Part shown: one piece after another, positions 10,783 to 20,289 of the stretch
How positions within the stretch are numbered: position 1 is the first letter of the stretch
Layout: each line of letters begins with the position of its first letter
Source of the DNA: Candidatus Hydrogenedentota bacterium
GTDB taxonomy: Bacteria > Hydrogenedentota > Hydrogenedentia > Hydrogenedentales > SLHB01
Reading direction: 5' to 3'
Assembly: GCA_045863335.1 (NCBI GenBank)
Contig: BTVY01000015.1
Location: forward strand, 21,511 to 85,510
DNA length: 64,000 nt
The notes under the pieces: model-generated
Told to the model about the DNA's origin: nothing
Seen by the model: the letters and a program-made list of their open reading frames with translations, nothing else
Databases searched by the model: none
Translations under genes and position numbers: made by a program

Positions 10783-12007
10783 CGTACCTTTTCAGGATAA
10801 GCGACGCATTATGACCCCCGAATCCTAACGAGTTGGACATCGCGATTGCAACTTTCGCTTCGCGCGCTTCGTTGGCTACGATGTTAACAGGACACTCAGG
10901 ATCAGGGGTGTCATAGTTAATCGACGGCGGCAATACGCCGTCTCGAATCGCGAGCATGCAGATGATCGCTTCGAGCGAACCCGCCGCGCCCAGCAGATGC
11001 CCCGTCATGGACTTGGTCGAGCTGACGGGCGGCATTTTCTCCCCGAACACGTCACGCAGTGCCAGCGATTCGGCGGAATCATTGTGCTTGGTGCTTGTGC
11101 CGTGGGCATTGAAATAGTCGATGGCCGAAGGTTCCACTTGCGCCTGCGCGAGCGCGGCGCGCATGGCCCCGGTCGCACCGGCCCCGTCGGGCAGTGGCGC
11201 CGTAATGTGATAGGCGTCGCAAGTCTCGCCGGCACCGGCCACCTCGCCCAGGATCTGGGCGCCCCGCGCCTTGGCGTGATCTTCCGATTCCAAAACGACG
11301 ATCCCGGCCCCGTCGCCCATCACAAAACCGTCCCGGTCGATATCGAAGGGACGGCTCGCGCGTTCCGGTTCGTCGTTCCGCCGGGACATGGCCTTCATGG
11401 CGCAAAACCCAGCCATGCCGAACGGTGTAATCGACGCTTCGGTACCGCCCGCCACCATGGCGTCGGCATGACCGAGCTGAATGAGGTGAATGGCGTCGGC
11501 GATGCTCTGGGCGCCGGTCGCGCAAGCGGTCACCACCGAACGATTGGGCCCCCGCAATCCGAGCCGGATGGCGACTTCGCCCGCGGCAATGTTGGAAAGC
11601 AGTTTCGGGATGGTGAGCGGCGAGAGTTTCCGGTACCCGCCGCCAAGGAACCCTTCGTGCCCTTCTTCCAGGGTGGCGATCCCGCCGATCCCGCTTCCAA
11701 CGACCGTGCCGATGCGTTCGGGATTCTCCCGATTCAAATCGATGCCGCATTGCGCCCAGGCCTGATCGGCCGCCATCAGGGCGTACAGCGTGTACAGATC
11801 GCGCCGCCGGAGATCCTTGGAGGACATGTCCGCGGGTTCGCCCGGAGGAGTCTGGCCCGCGATCTGGGTCGGCAACTCGGAGGGATCAAATCGGTCGATC
11901 CGGCGAATACCCGATTGCCCGGCGCACACGGCCTTCCACATGGTTTCGACATCGTTACCGAGGGGCGACACGACGCCCGTGCCTGTCACTACAACCTTTG
12001 TTCGCAT
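10775..12007 (-). CDS. fabF: 3-oxoacyl-ACP synthase II
   Basis: Start re-called at MRTKVVVTG; TACATG, NAHGTST, KSMTGHLLGAAG, SNSLGFGGHN. Confidence 0.95.
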   Translation of the reverse strand: MRTKVVVTGTGVVSPLGNDVETMWKAVCAGQSGIRRIDRFDPSELPTQIAGQTPPGEPADMSSKDLRRRDLYTLYALMAADQAWAQCGIDLNRENPERIGTVVGSGIGGIATLEEGHEGFLGGGYRKLSPLTIPKLLSNIAAGEVAIRLGLRGPNRSVVTACATGAQSIADAIHLIQLGHADAMVAGGTEASITPFGMAGFCAMKAMSRRNDEPERASRPFDIDRDGFVMGDGAGIVVLESEDHAKARGAQILGEVAGAGETCDAYHITAPLPDGAGATGAMRAALAQAQVEPSAIDYFNAHGTSTKHNDSAESLALRDVFGEKMPPVSSTKSMTGHLLGAAGSLEAIICMLAIRDGVLPPSINYDTPDPECPVNIVANEAREAKVAIAMSNSLGFGGHNASLILKRYDG

Positions 12008-12102
12008 AGCAGCCCTTGATCCGCCGCAGTGCTCACCGCCGCAACGCCGTTTCACGAGGGGAGGCCATCCTGGGGGTGAGAATATGCGGGTTAAATGTTG
12101 AA

Positions 12103-12137
12103 CACCCAGTCCGCGCGATTCTGCCACGGACTGGGTG
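12103..12137. terminator. Hairpin between acpP and fabF (terminator or mRNA-stabilising stem)
   Basis: 11-bp perfect stem CACCCAGTCCG/CGGACTGGGTG. Confidence 0.5.
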
Positions 12138-12188
12138 AAGCAAGCAACGTTTCTATACGAAGCGCCCAATAGAGCGCGAGACGCTAGA

Positions 12189-12425
12189 CTAGAGCTTGGA
12201 CTCGATATACTTTACCGCGTCGCCGACCGTCTGAATCTCATTCGCTTCGTCATCGATATCGATGTTGTACTCTTCTTCGAGTGCCATCAGAAGCTCCGTC
12301 AGATCCAACGAGTCCGCACCGAGGTCGTCAATGAAGCGTGCTTCGAGAGTAACCTCCTCCGGCTTACGGTCCAGTTTCTCGACCACGATCTTCTTGACCG
12401 CCTCCGCGACGTTGTTCTCCGCCAT
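12189..12425 (-). CDS. acpP: Acyl carrier protein
   Basis: DLGADSLD phosphopantetheine motif; acidic; strong RBS; upstream of fabF. Confidence 0.96.
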   Translation of the reverse strand: MAENNVAEAVKKIVVEKLDRKPEEVTLEARFIDDLGADSLDLTELLMALEEEYNIDIDDEANEIQTVGDAVKYIESKL

Positions 12426-12496
12426 ATGTCTCACCTCCCTCCGAATTGAGCCGTGTGGATTCCGGAGCGCAATGGTTCGCGCTCACAGGTCGGCAG

Positions 12497-12525
12497 AGTA
12501 TAGCAAACGGAATCTCGAATTGCCA
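12497..12525 (-). promoter_or_regulatory. Putative sigma70 promoter for acpP-fabF-rnc
   Basis: Minus strand TGGCAA-17 bp-TATACT with extended -10 TG. Confidence 0.55.
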
Positions 12526-12585
12526 TTTTTTCAGCAGCCGGAACCCGGTGGTCCGGGCCGTCGCGCCTCGTGCCATTTTTTTGAC

Positions 12586-12614
12586 TTGCCACACGCGAAG
12601 CATTCGCGTATGTT
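12586..12614 (+). promoter_or_regulatory. Putative sigma70 promoter, probably giving a leaderless transcript
   Basis: TTGCCA-17 bp-TATGTT ends 8 nt before ATG 12623; no SD sequence. Confidence 0.45.
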
Positions 12615-12622
12615 GGTGCGCC

Positions 12623-13198
12623 ATGGGACGAGACACCGTACAATTCAGTTGTCATCACTGCAATCACTGCTGCACGGAGGTGGTCTGCCTTCCAACGCCG
12701 TGGGACGTGGTGCGTATCGTGAAGCAAACGGGCGCCAATCCCTATGAGTTTTTGGAGTTCCTTGCGCCCGATGAAATCAGCGAGGTGGCCAAGAACGACC
12801 CCACGTGGCTCGATTGCAATGGCAACCGCTTTATCATGGCTCTGCGACGGGATACAAAGGGCTGTCACTTCCTGGACAAGAAAACACGCTATTGTTCGAT
12901 CTACGAGGCGCGCCCCATCCTTTGCCGGTTGTACCCGTTCAAGCTACAGGAAACGCGGGACGGGAAGTTCAAAGGCTTCGTGTTGCATTCGGATGTGGGT
13001 TGCCCCCGACACCGGGATGGCGTGGTGCCTACAAAGCCGCTATATGAGCTATATCTGGATGATTCCAAACACCAGGAAGACTACGATGACCTCGTCGAGG
13101 TCTTTAACAAGAAGCAATACCCGGGTAAGCGCCCCGAGGATTTCATCGAGATGTTTGTGAAGGGGGCGCGACGACGGGAAAAGAAGGCCCGTACCTGA
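12623..13198 (+). CDS. YkgJ-family CxxCxxCC cysteine-cluster protein
   Basis: FSCHHCNHCC, CHFLD...CSIYEARPILCRLYPF. Confidence 0.85.
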   Translation: MGRDTVQFSCHHCNHCCTEVVCLPTPWDVVRIVKQTGANPYEFLEFLAPDEISEVAKNDPTWLDCNGNRFIMALRRDTKGCHFLDKKTRYCSIYEARPILCRLYPFKLQETRDGKFKGFVLHSDVGCPRHRDGVVPTKPLYELYLDDSKHQEDYDDLVEVFNKKQYPGKRPEDFIEMFVKGARRREKKART

Positions 13199-13337
13199 AT
13201 CAACCCGGGGTACGCACTCCGAAATTTTCCCGAAAACCTCTCTTGAGGGGTATGCGGAACACCACACCATCCAGCGCTAGGAACCAATTTAACCCCAACA
13301 TATTGAGCACGTTAGACCGAAAACGCCGGAATACTGG

Positions 13338-13366
13338 TTGACTTGGCTTGGGCAGCGTGCTATAGT
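13338..13366 (+). promoter_or_regulatory. Near-consensus sigma70 promoter upstream of the M23 peptidase
   Basis: TTGACT-17 bp-TATAGT with extended -10 TG. Confidence 0.7.
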
Positions 13367-13510
13367 GACCGCGATTCAAGGGGAACCCCATACTGACATG
13401 CGGGGATATATCAGCAGCGGATGGAAGATATATCGCGGGAGGGGATTCATTCCCAGAACCTTCAACGGCGCCCGTTCTTTGCGCCTTGAATAGCTCGGAG
13501 CACTGCCTGC

Positions 13511-14533
13511 ATGAAGCGTTGGACAGTCATGCTTATACCCCACGGCCAGGGGAATACTCGTAATCTCAATCTCTATGCTCTTCAAATTTGGGCGGTCGTT
13601 GGCGTCTTCGCGGCGCTTTCCTTTTTGGCCGCCTATTCGTTCCAGCGGTATAGCGTTGCCCGCACAAGTGTGGAACGTCTCGAACAGGAGAACCGCGAAC
13701 TCGGGATGGCGGTGGCCGTTGAACCTGTTGCGGTCGATTCCGGGTTAAGCGAAACGGAGCGGGCCGAAATTGAACAGCAGATGCGCGATGAGTACGAATC
13801 GCGCTTGGCGGCGATTACGAGTCAATTGAGCGAGTTGTATGATCTCGAGACGCGTTTTCGCACCATCAACGGGCTTCCTCCGAAGGCCAATCAACCCGCG
13901 GCATTCGTCGGCACGCCGGAGAATTCCGGGACGGGCGGCGGCAAAGGCGGAGCGCCGGATCTGGATCCCGACGCCGAGGTGGAAGCCAGCGATGATGCCA
14001 TGATGAGGCCGCCAAGCGTTATCAATGGCGTGTATCGCCCCGGTGCGGACCTAATCGTGCAGGAGATCAACCTGCGTGCAGAAAGCCTTCGTGAGTATGA
14101 AATTGCGAGCGATGCCCGCAAGGACGCTATTGAGCGCATGCCGTCCGTGTGGCCAGTCCGAGGGCGGAAGGGCATCGTCACGTCCCGTTACGGATACCGC
14201 AAGGATCCGTTCACGCGGGATCTCAGTTTCCACGACGGATTCGATATCTCCGCGCCCTACGGTTCGCCCATTGTTGCGACGGCGCGTGGAAAAGTCGTAT
14301 TCTCGGGGTGGGACAAGTATCTTGGCAACTGTGTCAAGGTCGATCATGGAAATGGGTTGACCACCGTCTATGGCCATATGCAGAAGTGCACGGTCAGCGA
14401 AGGCGATACAGTATCCCGAGGTGACCAGGTCGGCAAGCTCGGAAGCACGGGACGTAGTACGGGCGCCCACATCCACTACGAAGTTCGTAAGAACGGAAAG
14501 GCTCTGGATCCTGAAAAGTATCTGGGGTATTGA
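13511..14533 (+). CDS. M23 family peptidoglycan metalloendopeptidase with TM anchor and coiled coil
   Basis: HDGFD (HxxxD), YGHM, GSTGRSTGAHIHYE (HxH). Confidence 0.92.
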   Translation: MKRWTVMLIPHGQGNTRNLNLYALQIWAVVGVFAALSFLAAYSFQRYSVARTSVERLEQENRELGMAVAVEPVAVDSGLSETERAEIEQQMRDEYESRLAAITSQLSELYDLETRFRTINGLPPKANQPAAFVGTPENSGTGGGKGGAPDLDPDAEVEASDDAMMRPPSVINGVYRPGADLIVQEINLRAESLREYEIASDARKDAIERMPSVWPVRGRKGIVTSRYGYRKDPFTRDLSFHDGFDISAPYGSPIVATARGKVVFSGWDKYLGNCVKVDHGNGLTTVYGHMQKCTVSEGDTVSRGDQVGKLGSTGRSTGAHIHYEVRKNGKALDPEKYLGY

Positions 14534-14542
14534 TGACGATAC

Positions 14543-14980
14543 ATGCTAGATGCCTCCAAAAAACGATCGTTTGGTGATACAAAAGTGGTTACAATCATCG
14601 GTCAAGGAACGACCGTAATCGGCGAGTTGAAGTCGAAAGGCACGATCCGGATTGAAGGGGTCGTATCCGGCCGGGTTCACAGCGACGACACGATCGTGGT
14701 GCAGGAGTCGGGCCGGGTGAAGGCCGACCTGTACGCCGGGCAAATCACGATCAGCGGCGAGGTCGAGGGCAATGTTTTCGCCCAGGACCGTCTCGAAATC
14801 GCCACGAACGGCAAGCTGGTCGGCGACATCGTGTCTCCGCGCGTCAGCATCGCGGAGGGCGTGTTGTTCGAAGGCAAGTGCACCATGAAACCGCCAAGCC
14901 AGGCGCCTTCCGGTCAGCAAGGTGGCCAGGCCGCACCCGCCAAGAACGACGGCGGCGGCGCTTCCGCCAAGTCCGAATAA
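14543..14980 (+). CDS. Bactofilin (polymer-forming cytoskeletal protein)
   Basis: TIIGQGTTVIGEL...IRIEG...GEVEGNV...IAEGVLFEGKC beta-helix; follows an M23 peptidase, a known conserved pairing. Confidence 0.92.
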   Translation: MLDASKKRSFGDTKVVTIIGQGTTVIGELKSKGTIRIEGVVSGRVHSDDTIVVQESGRVKADLYAGQITISGEVEGNVFAQDRLEIATNGKLVGDIVSPRVSIAEGVLFEGKCTMKPPSQAPSGQQGGQAAPAKNDGGGASAKSE

Positions 14981-15013
14981 CCCTAGGCCCGGTTCACCGG
15001 GCGGCTGCAAGCC

Positions 15014-16093
15014 ATGTCTCTCAAGAAACACTCCAGAGTCATCGTCGCGATGAGCGGCGGTGTCGACAGTTCCGTTGCCGCAGCCCTGCTCGTAGAGCAA
15101 GGCTACGAGGTCATCGGTATGACCATGCGCGTCGCATCTGGAGAGGGCCGCGAGTCATCCAGCAAAGCGTGCTGCACGCTGGACGCGGCGGATGATGCGC
15201 GCCGCGTGGCGAACAAGCTGGGCATTCCCCATTACGTATTAAACTACCTCCAGCGATTCGAGCACGAGGTCATCAAGGATTTCGTGAACGAATATCTCGC
15301 GGGACGCACGCCCAATCCTTGTTCGCGCTGTAATCAGCGGGTCAAGTTTGGGGCGCTCTATGAGAAGGCCATGGCCATCGAGGCCGACGCCATCGCAACG
15401 GGGCATTACGTCAGACTCGTCGATCGCGACGGACGGGCCGCCCTACGACGCGCGGTCGACGGCAACAAAGACCAAAGCTACACCTTGTCTGGCCTGGCGC
15501 AGGAGCAATTGCAGCGGGCGCTGTTTCCTCTCGGCGAGTTATCGAAGGACGAGACCCGTGCTATCGCGCGCGAGTTGGATCTCGTCACGGCGGACAAACC
15601 GGAGAGCCAGGAAATCTGCTTCGTACCGGACGACAACTACCGGAACTTCCTCGCAAAGCGCGTGTCGGCGCCGAAGCCCGGACCTATCGTATCAACGGGA
15701 GGCGAAGTGCTCGGCAAGCATACGGGACTCATTAACTACACCGTCGGTCAGCGAAAAGGCCTTGGCATCGCCGCGCCGCGGCCGCTCTACGTGATCAAAC
15801 TGGACCTCCCTCGCAACGCGCTGGTCGTGGGGCATGAGGAAGAAGCCTTCTGCCGGACGCTTTCGGCCAGCCAGGTGAACTGGTGCGCCTTGGCTCCGCA
15901 GACGGAACCCTTCGAGTGCGAGGTGCAGATTCGGTATAAGAGTCCATCGGTACCGTGCACGGTCACCCCGACTCAAACGGGGTTTGAAGTGAAGTTTCAT
16001 GACCCGCAAAAGGCAGCCACGCCGGGTCAGTGGGCCGTGCTTTACGACGACGATTACGTGCTCGCCGCAGGCATCATCGATCGCTCGAACTGA
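15014..16093 (+). CDS. mnmA: tRNA 2-thiouridylase
   Basis: SGGVDS PP-loop, [40 protein letters not shown]. Confidence 0.96.
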   Translation: MSLKKHSRVIVAMSGGVDSSVAAALLVEQGYEVIGMTMRVASGEGRESSSKACCTLDAADDARRVANKLGIPHYVLNYLQRFEHEVIKDFVNEYLAGRTPNPCSRCNQRVKFGALYEKAMAIEADAIATGHYVRLVDRDGRAALRRAVDGNKDQSYTLSGLAQEQLQRALFPLGELSKDETRAIARELDLVTADKPESQEICFVPDDNYRNFLAKRVSAPKPGPIVSTGGEVLGKHTGLINYTVGQRKGLGIAAPRPLYVIKLDLPRNALVVGHEEEAFCRTLSASQVNWCALAPQTEPFECEVQIRYKSPSVPCTVTPTQTGFEVKFHDPQKAATPGQWAVLYDDDYVLAAGIIDRSN

Positions 16094-16144
16094 TATGGCG
16101 CTCTCCGTACGCGCGATGGTTTTCCGCGAGCGCTGAGCGTGACG

Positions 16145-19138
16145 TCAGCGAAGCAGAGTTACCCGCTTCAGAGGTTGGATCGTCACCGGACCGAGCAGTC
16201 CAGACCGCGGTAGCGGCTCGAATCTCATCAAACGCGCCATCGCGGCGGGGCTGTCATTCGTTCCCGCCCCGAGGCGATCGCGTAGTTCTTCCGGCACGGG
16301 CGGCGGCTCGGTCAATCCCGCGACGCGATTGATCAACGTATTCGTCACGCGAATTTCTAAGCGGTTTATCCCTTCCCGCACGAGGTCCGATACATCAAGC
16401 GTTTGCCCGCGCATCCAGACCACGCCGGCGCTCCTACCGTTTACGGCCACCTCGGCTATATTTCCGACGTCACCAGCGTCAAATCGAAGTTCGAGGTCAT
16501 CATCGAGGAGTGCGTCTGGCAACTTGAACTCGGTCACGTACTGGCCGGTCCCGCTGAAATGGCGCGTGTCCGAATCGTCCGTCCATGAGGTCAGTTCGTG
16601 GAGCGTCTTCTCCACGGCAAACCCGCCTTCACCTTCCAGACCGAGTCTCCACGGTCCACCAACGACGAACGGCGCTGGCACGTCATTCACCTCGACATGG
16701 CGCATTCCGCCATCATCGAATTGCACTGCGTACTCACCGTTCGTTTCAACGAGCAGTTCCACGCCTTCTTCCGTCACTTCGCTGACCCCGTACGCGTTGG
16801 TGTAGGTGACGTGGGAGCGCGTGTTGCCCGGCTCGAACACGACGAACGTGGATGCATACGGGGCGAGTCGGATTGGAACTTCCGTAGCCCCATTACGTTC
16901 GACGTATCGATGAATGGGGCGAACGGTCCCCTCCTGTGGATCCCAAGACCACGGTGTCTTACCGCTCACGCGGAAGGCGATAGGCATATCGATGGCGTGT
17001 TCTTGTACGTTCGTGACGAAGTAAATGTCCCGCTCGCCGTCGCGACGGTGGACAAAAGTCAGGCCGGGATTGTCCCGCCAGGCCATTCGCACAAAATCAA
17101 TTCCGAAATCTGGCGCGAGGTGTTTGCGCAATACCTTCAGGAAAGGATCGAGTGCGCTGCTCTGCCGGTCAAGCACGTCGGATCGATCTATCACGGTGCG
17201 AAGTAGATACGTCCGGCCCGCACCAAACTCGCGGCAGCCATCGTCGAGACGGCCTCGCGAATCGGCGAATAGCTCGCCGGCGAGCTTTCTCACCGCCTCG
17301 TCGTTTGCGCGATGCTCTTGGAAACCGGTTGAGAATTGCGGCGTGCGCTCCAGTGCGATGACCGTGCCGCCTTGTTCGACGTATTCGCGGACGCGCTCCA
17401 ACGACTCAAGCGGCATGGACTCGATGTTCGGAAGAATAAGAAAGCGATAGGCGTTCTCGCCCACGCGGAGCGCCTCTCCTTCGAAGGCGGTGCGATTCTG
17501 GAACACATCGTCGTTGATGAGATCAAAATCGTACCCGTTGGCGATCAACAGGTGGCCCAGTTCTCCCCAGTCGAAATCGCGCGTCCACCGACGCGCATTC
17601 AGCGCATCGAGCGCCCACTGATTCGCGAGGGGCGAGTAGATTGCCACGTCCGACGTGAACGCGCCTTGTCGCAGCAGATAGCAACAGCGCGACAAATACT
17701 CGCTGAGTTTCGGATAGTACGGCCACCATACGTTGTCGTGGCTGATGTGAATGGCGGCATAAAAGCCGCGCGTCGGCGCGATGCCGCGCTCAGGGATCCC
17801 CGTGTAGCCGTGATTGTAGAACTTATTCGCGCCGGAGCGGAGAAAGATGTCACTCGCGATCTTCAATTCCTCCAGCGTCGCACGGTAGGGTTCCCAGTGT
17901 TGGTACGTATAAGCCTCGACCGTCACGATGTTACGACCATACAGGTGTGCGCCGGACGCCACGTATTTCTTGGGACCAATCCGCGTATCGAACCAGGGTA
18001 CCGCGTCTTTTTCGCCCGCCGAAATCTCCATCTCGGGCAGATCGGCGATTCCCGCGCCTTCGATGTTGTCCGTTACAAACCCATAGGGTTGAATGCGAGC
18101 TTTCACGTTGTGCTCGGCGCACCACGCGAGCATGGGTATAAAGAAGGCCTCGATACCGGTGTGGTGGAGAAATTCGTTCACGTCGTAACGGATCTTCGGC
18201 GAGACGTCGTCCACCTTCCACCACAACGCCGGAAGGTAAGGTGTGAGATCGTAGCCCTGGAACTCGCGGAACTTCTCAAGCAGGTGCTGGTTCCAGTAGA
18301 TGCCGTTGCGGTGGATGGGAACTTCAAAGCTGTCGGAAAACATGGATTCGATGGTCGTGCCGAAGGCGTCGCCCACGGCCGATTCCAACGCCGAGCCGAC
18401 ATGATCGAAGTAGCGGGTCATGGCGGCTTCGTTCAGATGATCGACGACCGTGCCCTCGTCCACGTAAGTCAGCCAGAAGGCCATGATCCGCCACGTCCCT
18501 TCGGGCACGTCCCATCGCAGGGTGCGGCCATCGGTGTGGTCGGTCAGAACGGTCAGGCTTGACTCGACGATACTCCCCTCGCGCAGTTCCCCCGCGACAA
18601 CCGCGACCAAACGATCATCGGGCTTGATGTCCGGACGCGACCGCGCGTCGCGTGGGTTGAGCGCGGCGACTTCTGAAAGCGGCCCTTCGATCTGCTTACC
18701 GCCTTCGATATCGAAGGAGCTGGCAAGCAGATTCTGGTTGCGCTCCTCCTGGGGCACGAAGTCGCCGCCGAAGATCCAGCCGGGCCCGCCGAAGTTGAGG
18801 GAAAACTCCATGCCCAGCCGCTCTGCCTCGTCGACGGCATGCCGCAGGAGTTCGAGATACTCAGGCGACAGGTAGGGATGGTTGCCCTTCTCATACACTT
18901 CCTGCATGGAGATCTGCTCGACGCCGCCAATACCGTGCGCGCGCATCTGCTCGAGCTGCCACGTGATGTCGTCCTTCGACAGTGCGTTGCCCATCCACCA
19001 CCAGCGCGTGTGGGGCCGGCAGGAAACAGGCGGATCGCCGAACGCGGCTCGCATGGACTCGGGCGGTTCCGCGTGTACGGCATCTGCGCAGAGCAGGAAC
19101 ACAATGGGCGCAGCGCGGAAGATGAATTGGTTTAGCAT
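16145..19138 (-). CDS. Secreted glycoside hydrolase, GH106-like (alpha-L-rhamnosidase-like)
   Basis: Signal peptide; RPHTRWWWMG, GPGWIFGG, FSDSFE, ASGAHLYG...EAYT, C-terminal GINRLEIRVTN...SGLLGPV. Confidence 0.78.
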   Translation of the reverse strand: MLNQFIFRAAPIVFLLCADAVHAEPPESMRAAFGDPPVSCRPHTRWWWMGNALSKDDITWQLEQMRAHGIGGVEQISMQEVYEKGNHPYLSPEYLELLRHAVDEAERLGMEFSLNFGGPGWIFGGDFVPQEERNQNLLASSFDIEGGKQIEGPLSEVAALNPRDARSRPDIKPDDRLVAVVAGELREGSIVESSLTVLTDHTDGRTLRWDVPEGTWRIMAFWLTYVDEGTVVDHLNEAAMTRYFDHVGSALESAVGDAFGTTIESMFSDSFEVPIHRNGIYWNQHLLEKFREFQGYDLTPYLPALWWKVDDVSPKIRYDVNEFLHHTGIEAFFIPMLAWCAEHNVKARIQPYGFVTDNIEGAGIADLPEMEISAGEKDAVPWFDTRIGPKKYVASGAHLYGRNIVTVEAYTYQHWEPYRATLEELKIASDIFLRSGANKFYNHGYTGIPERGIAPTRGFYAAIHISHDNVWWPYYPKLSEYLSRCCYLLRQGAFTSDVAIYSPLANQWALDALNARRWTRDFDWGELGHLLIANGYDFDLINDDVFQNRTAFEGEALRVGENAYRFLILPNIESMPLESLERVREYVEQGGTVIALERTPQFSTGFQEHRANDEAVRKLAGELFADSRGRLDDGCREFGAGRTYLLRTVIDRSDVLDRQSSALDPFLKVLRKHLAPDFGIDFVRMAWRDNPGLTFVHRRDGERDIYFVTNVQEHAIDMPIAFRVSGKTPWSWDPQEGTVRPIHRYVERNGATEVPIRLAPYASTFVVFEPGNTRSHVTYTNAYGVSEVTEEGVELLVETNGEYAVQFDDGGMRHVEVNDVPAPFVVGGPWRLGLEGEGGFAVEKTLHELTSWTDDSDTRHFSGTGQYVTEFKLPDALLDDDLELRFDAGDVGNIAEVAVNGRSAGVVWMRGQTLDVSDLVREGINRLEIRVTNTLINRVAGLTEPPPVPEELRDRLGAGTNDSPAAMARLMRFEPLPRSGLLGPVTIQPLKRVTLLR

Positions 19139-19167
19139 CGTTTTCCCCTCCGCGGATGAGTTTACAC

Positions 19168-19261
19168 TATGGACGATATGGACTGTATGGACGTCATGGA
19201 CAGGACGAACGCGACCCAAGGGGAATCAGTGCTTCGTCCATTACGTCCATTACGTCCATCA
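19168..19261. repeat. Inverted pair of nonamer arrays: (TATGGACNN)x4 and (CGTCCATTA)x3
   Basis: Directly visible; the two arrays are mutually complementary. Confidence 0.85.
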
Positions 19262-19999
19262 CCCAATCGCCCAATACACCAATGCCGAAGGCACGATCTG
19301 CATGGTTGCATTGTCCCACCCGTGAGGGGACAGCGCCTCGCAAACGGCAGACGCGAATCCGATTGCGACAGCGAGTAGTGCCGCGCGTACAAACCCCGGC
19401 TCGTGTCCGAGGAGCAGTAGACTCACAAACACCGCCACGGCCGATACCGCGAACACGGCGCAGGAACCCTCCCAACTGCGTGTGCAGGTGACGCCGCGCA
19501 AAGCAGGCACCCGGTACGTGTGTTGTCCGAATCGCGTGCCGACGGGTTCGCCGATGGCGTCTCCCACGCCGGTCACTAGAAAGCCGGCCAGGGCCGCGGG
19601 TCCGAACCAGATAGTCGATAGGATGCCGCCGATCAACGTGGCAATGTAGGGTACAACGATGTAATGGGTCCGGTGCGGCGCGTCTTTCTCGCGCGCGATG
19701 GCTTCGTAAACCATATCGCCGCCCCCGCGCAGGAGGGCAAATGCAATCACCACTGTCGTCATTGCTCCGAAGAGGCAGACGGCGCGCGTGCCGCCCACGA
19801 CTTGCAGGACGCCGGCCGTGAAAAAGATGCCGAAGTGAAAGACCTTCCGCGTATAGCCCGTAGGCCAGTGGCGGTGTCGCTTCAGGTAACCGGCGAGTGT
19901 GAGCCAGGCGAGTGCCCAAAGGATCGCCGGTGGCCCAAGCAGGATGGCATCACGCGGTGTCGGGAGGTTGGTGAAGAAGAACTCGATCAGTGCCCGCAT
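19259..19999 (-). CDS. Dolichol/phytol kinase-like (CTP-dependent) polytopic membrane protein
   Basis: TRKVFH, GVGDAIGEPVGTRFG, RSWEGS, E...WDN motifs; multiple TM segments. Confidence 0.75.
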   Translation of the reverse strand: MRALIEFFFTNLPTPRDAILLGPPAILWALAWLTLAGYLKRHRHWPTGYTRKVFHFGIFFTAGVLQVVGGTRAVCLFGAMTTVVIAFALLRGGGDMVYEAIAREKDAPHRTHYIVVPYIATLIGGILSTIWFGPAALAGFLVTGVGDAIGEPVGTRFGQHTYRVPALRGVTCTRSWEGSCAVFAVSAVAVFVSLLLLGHEPGFVRAALLAVAIGFASAVCEALSPHGWDNATMQIVPSALVYWAIG

Positions 20000-20105
20000 A
20001 CGGCATCCAATTCCTTCGCATCATCCTGGGCCTCGAACCATGTCATGGGCGTTGCTAAACGAGGTGCTGCATTCACGTACGGCAGCGCCAGATATGATTC
20101 TCGAA

Positions 20106-20190
20106 ATCGGGACCGGGATCGCTATCGAGATCGGAAGCAATTCGCACATCTCGCTTCAATACCGATACCGATACCGATACCGATACCGAT
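20106..20190. repeat. Inverted pair of hexamer arrays: (ATCGNN)x5 and (CGATAC)n
   Basis: Directly visible. Confidence 0.8.
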
Positions 20191-20289
20191 AAGTTAGCTA
20201 AAATCTGCCGCGGGTGTTACGCAATGACTTGCGGAGGATTGCGCCGACTGGGATGCCTTTGAGAATCAATCCAACCCTTTCTGCAGCAC

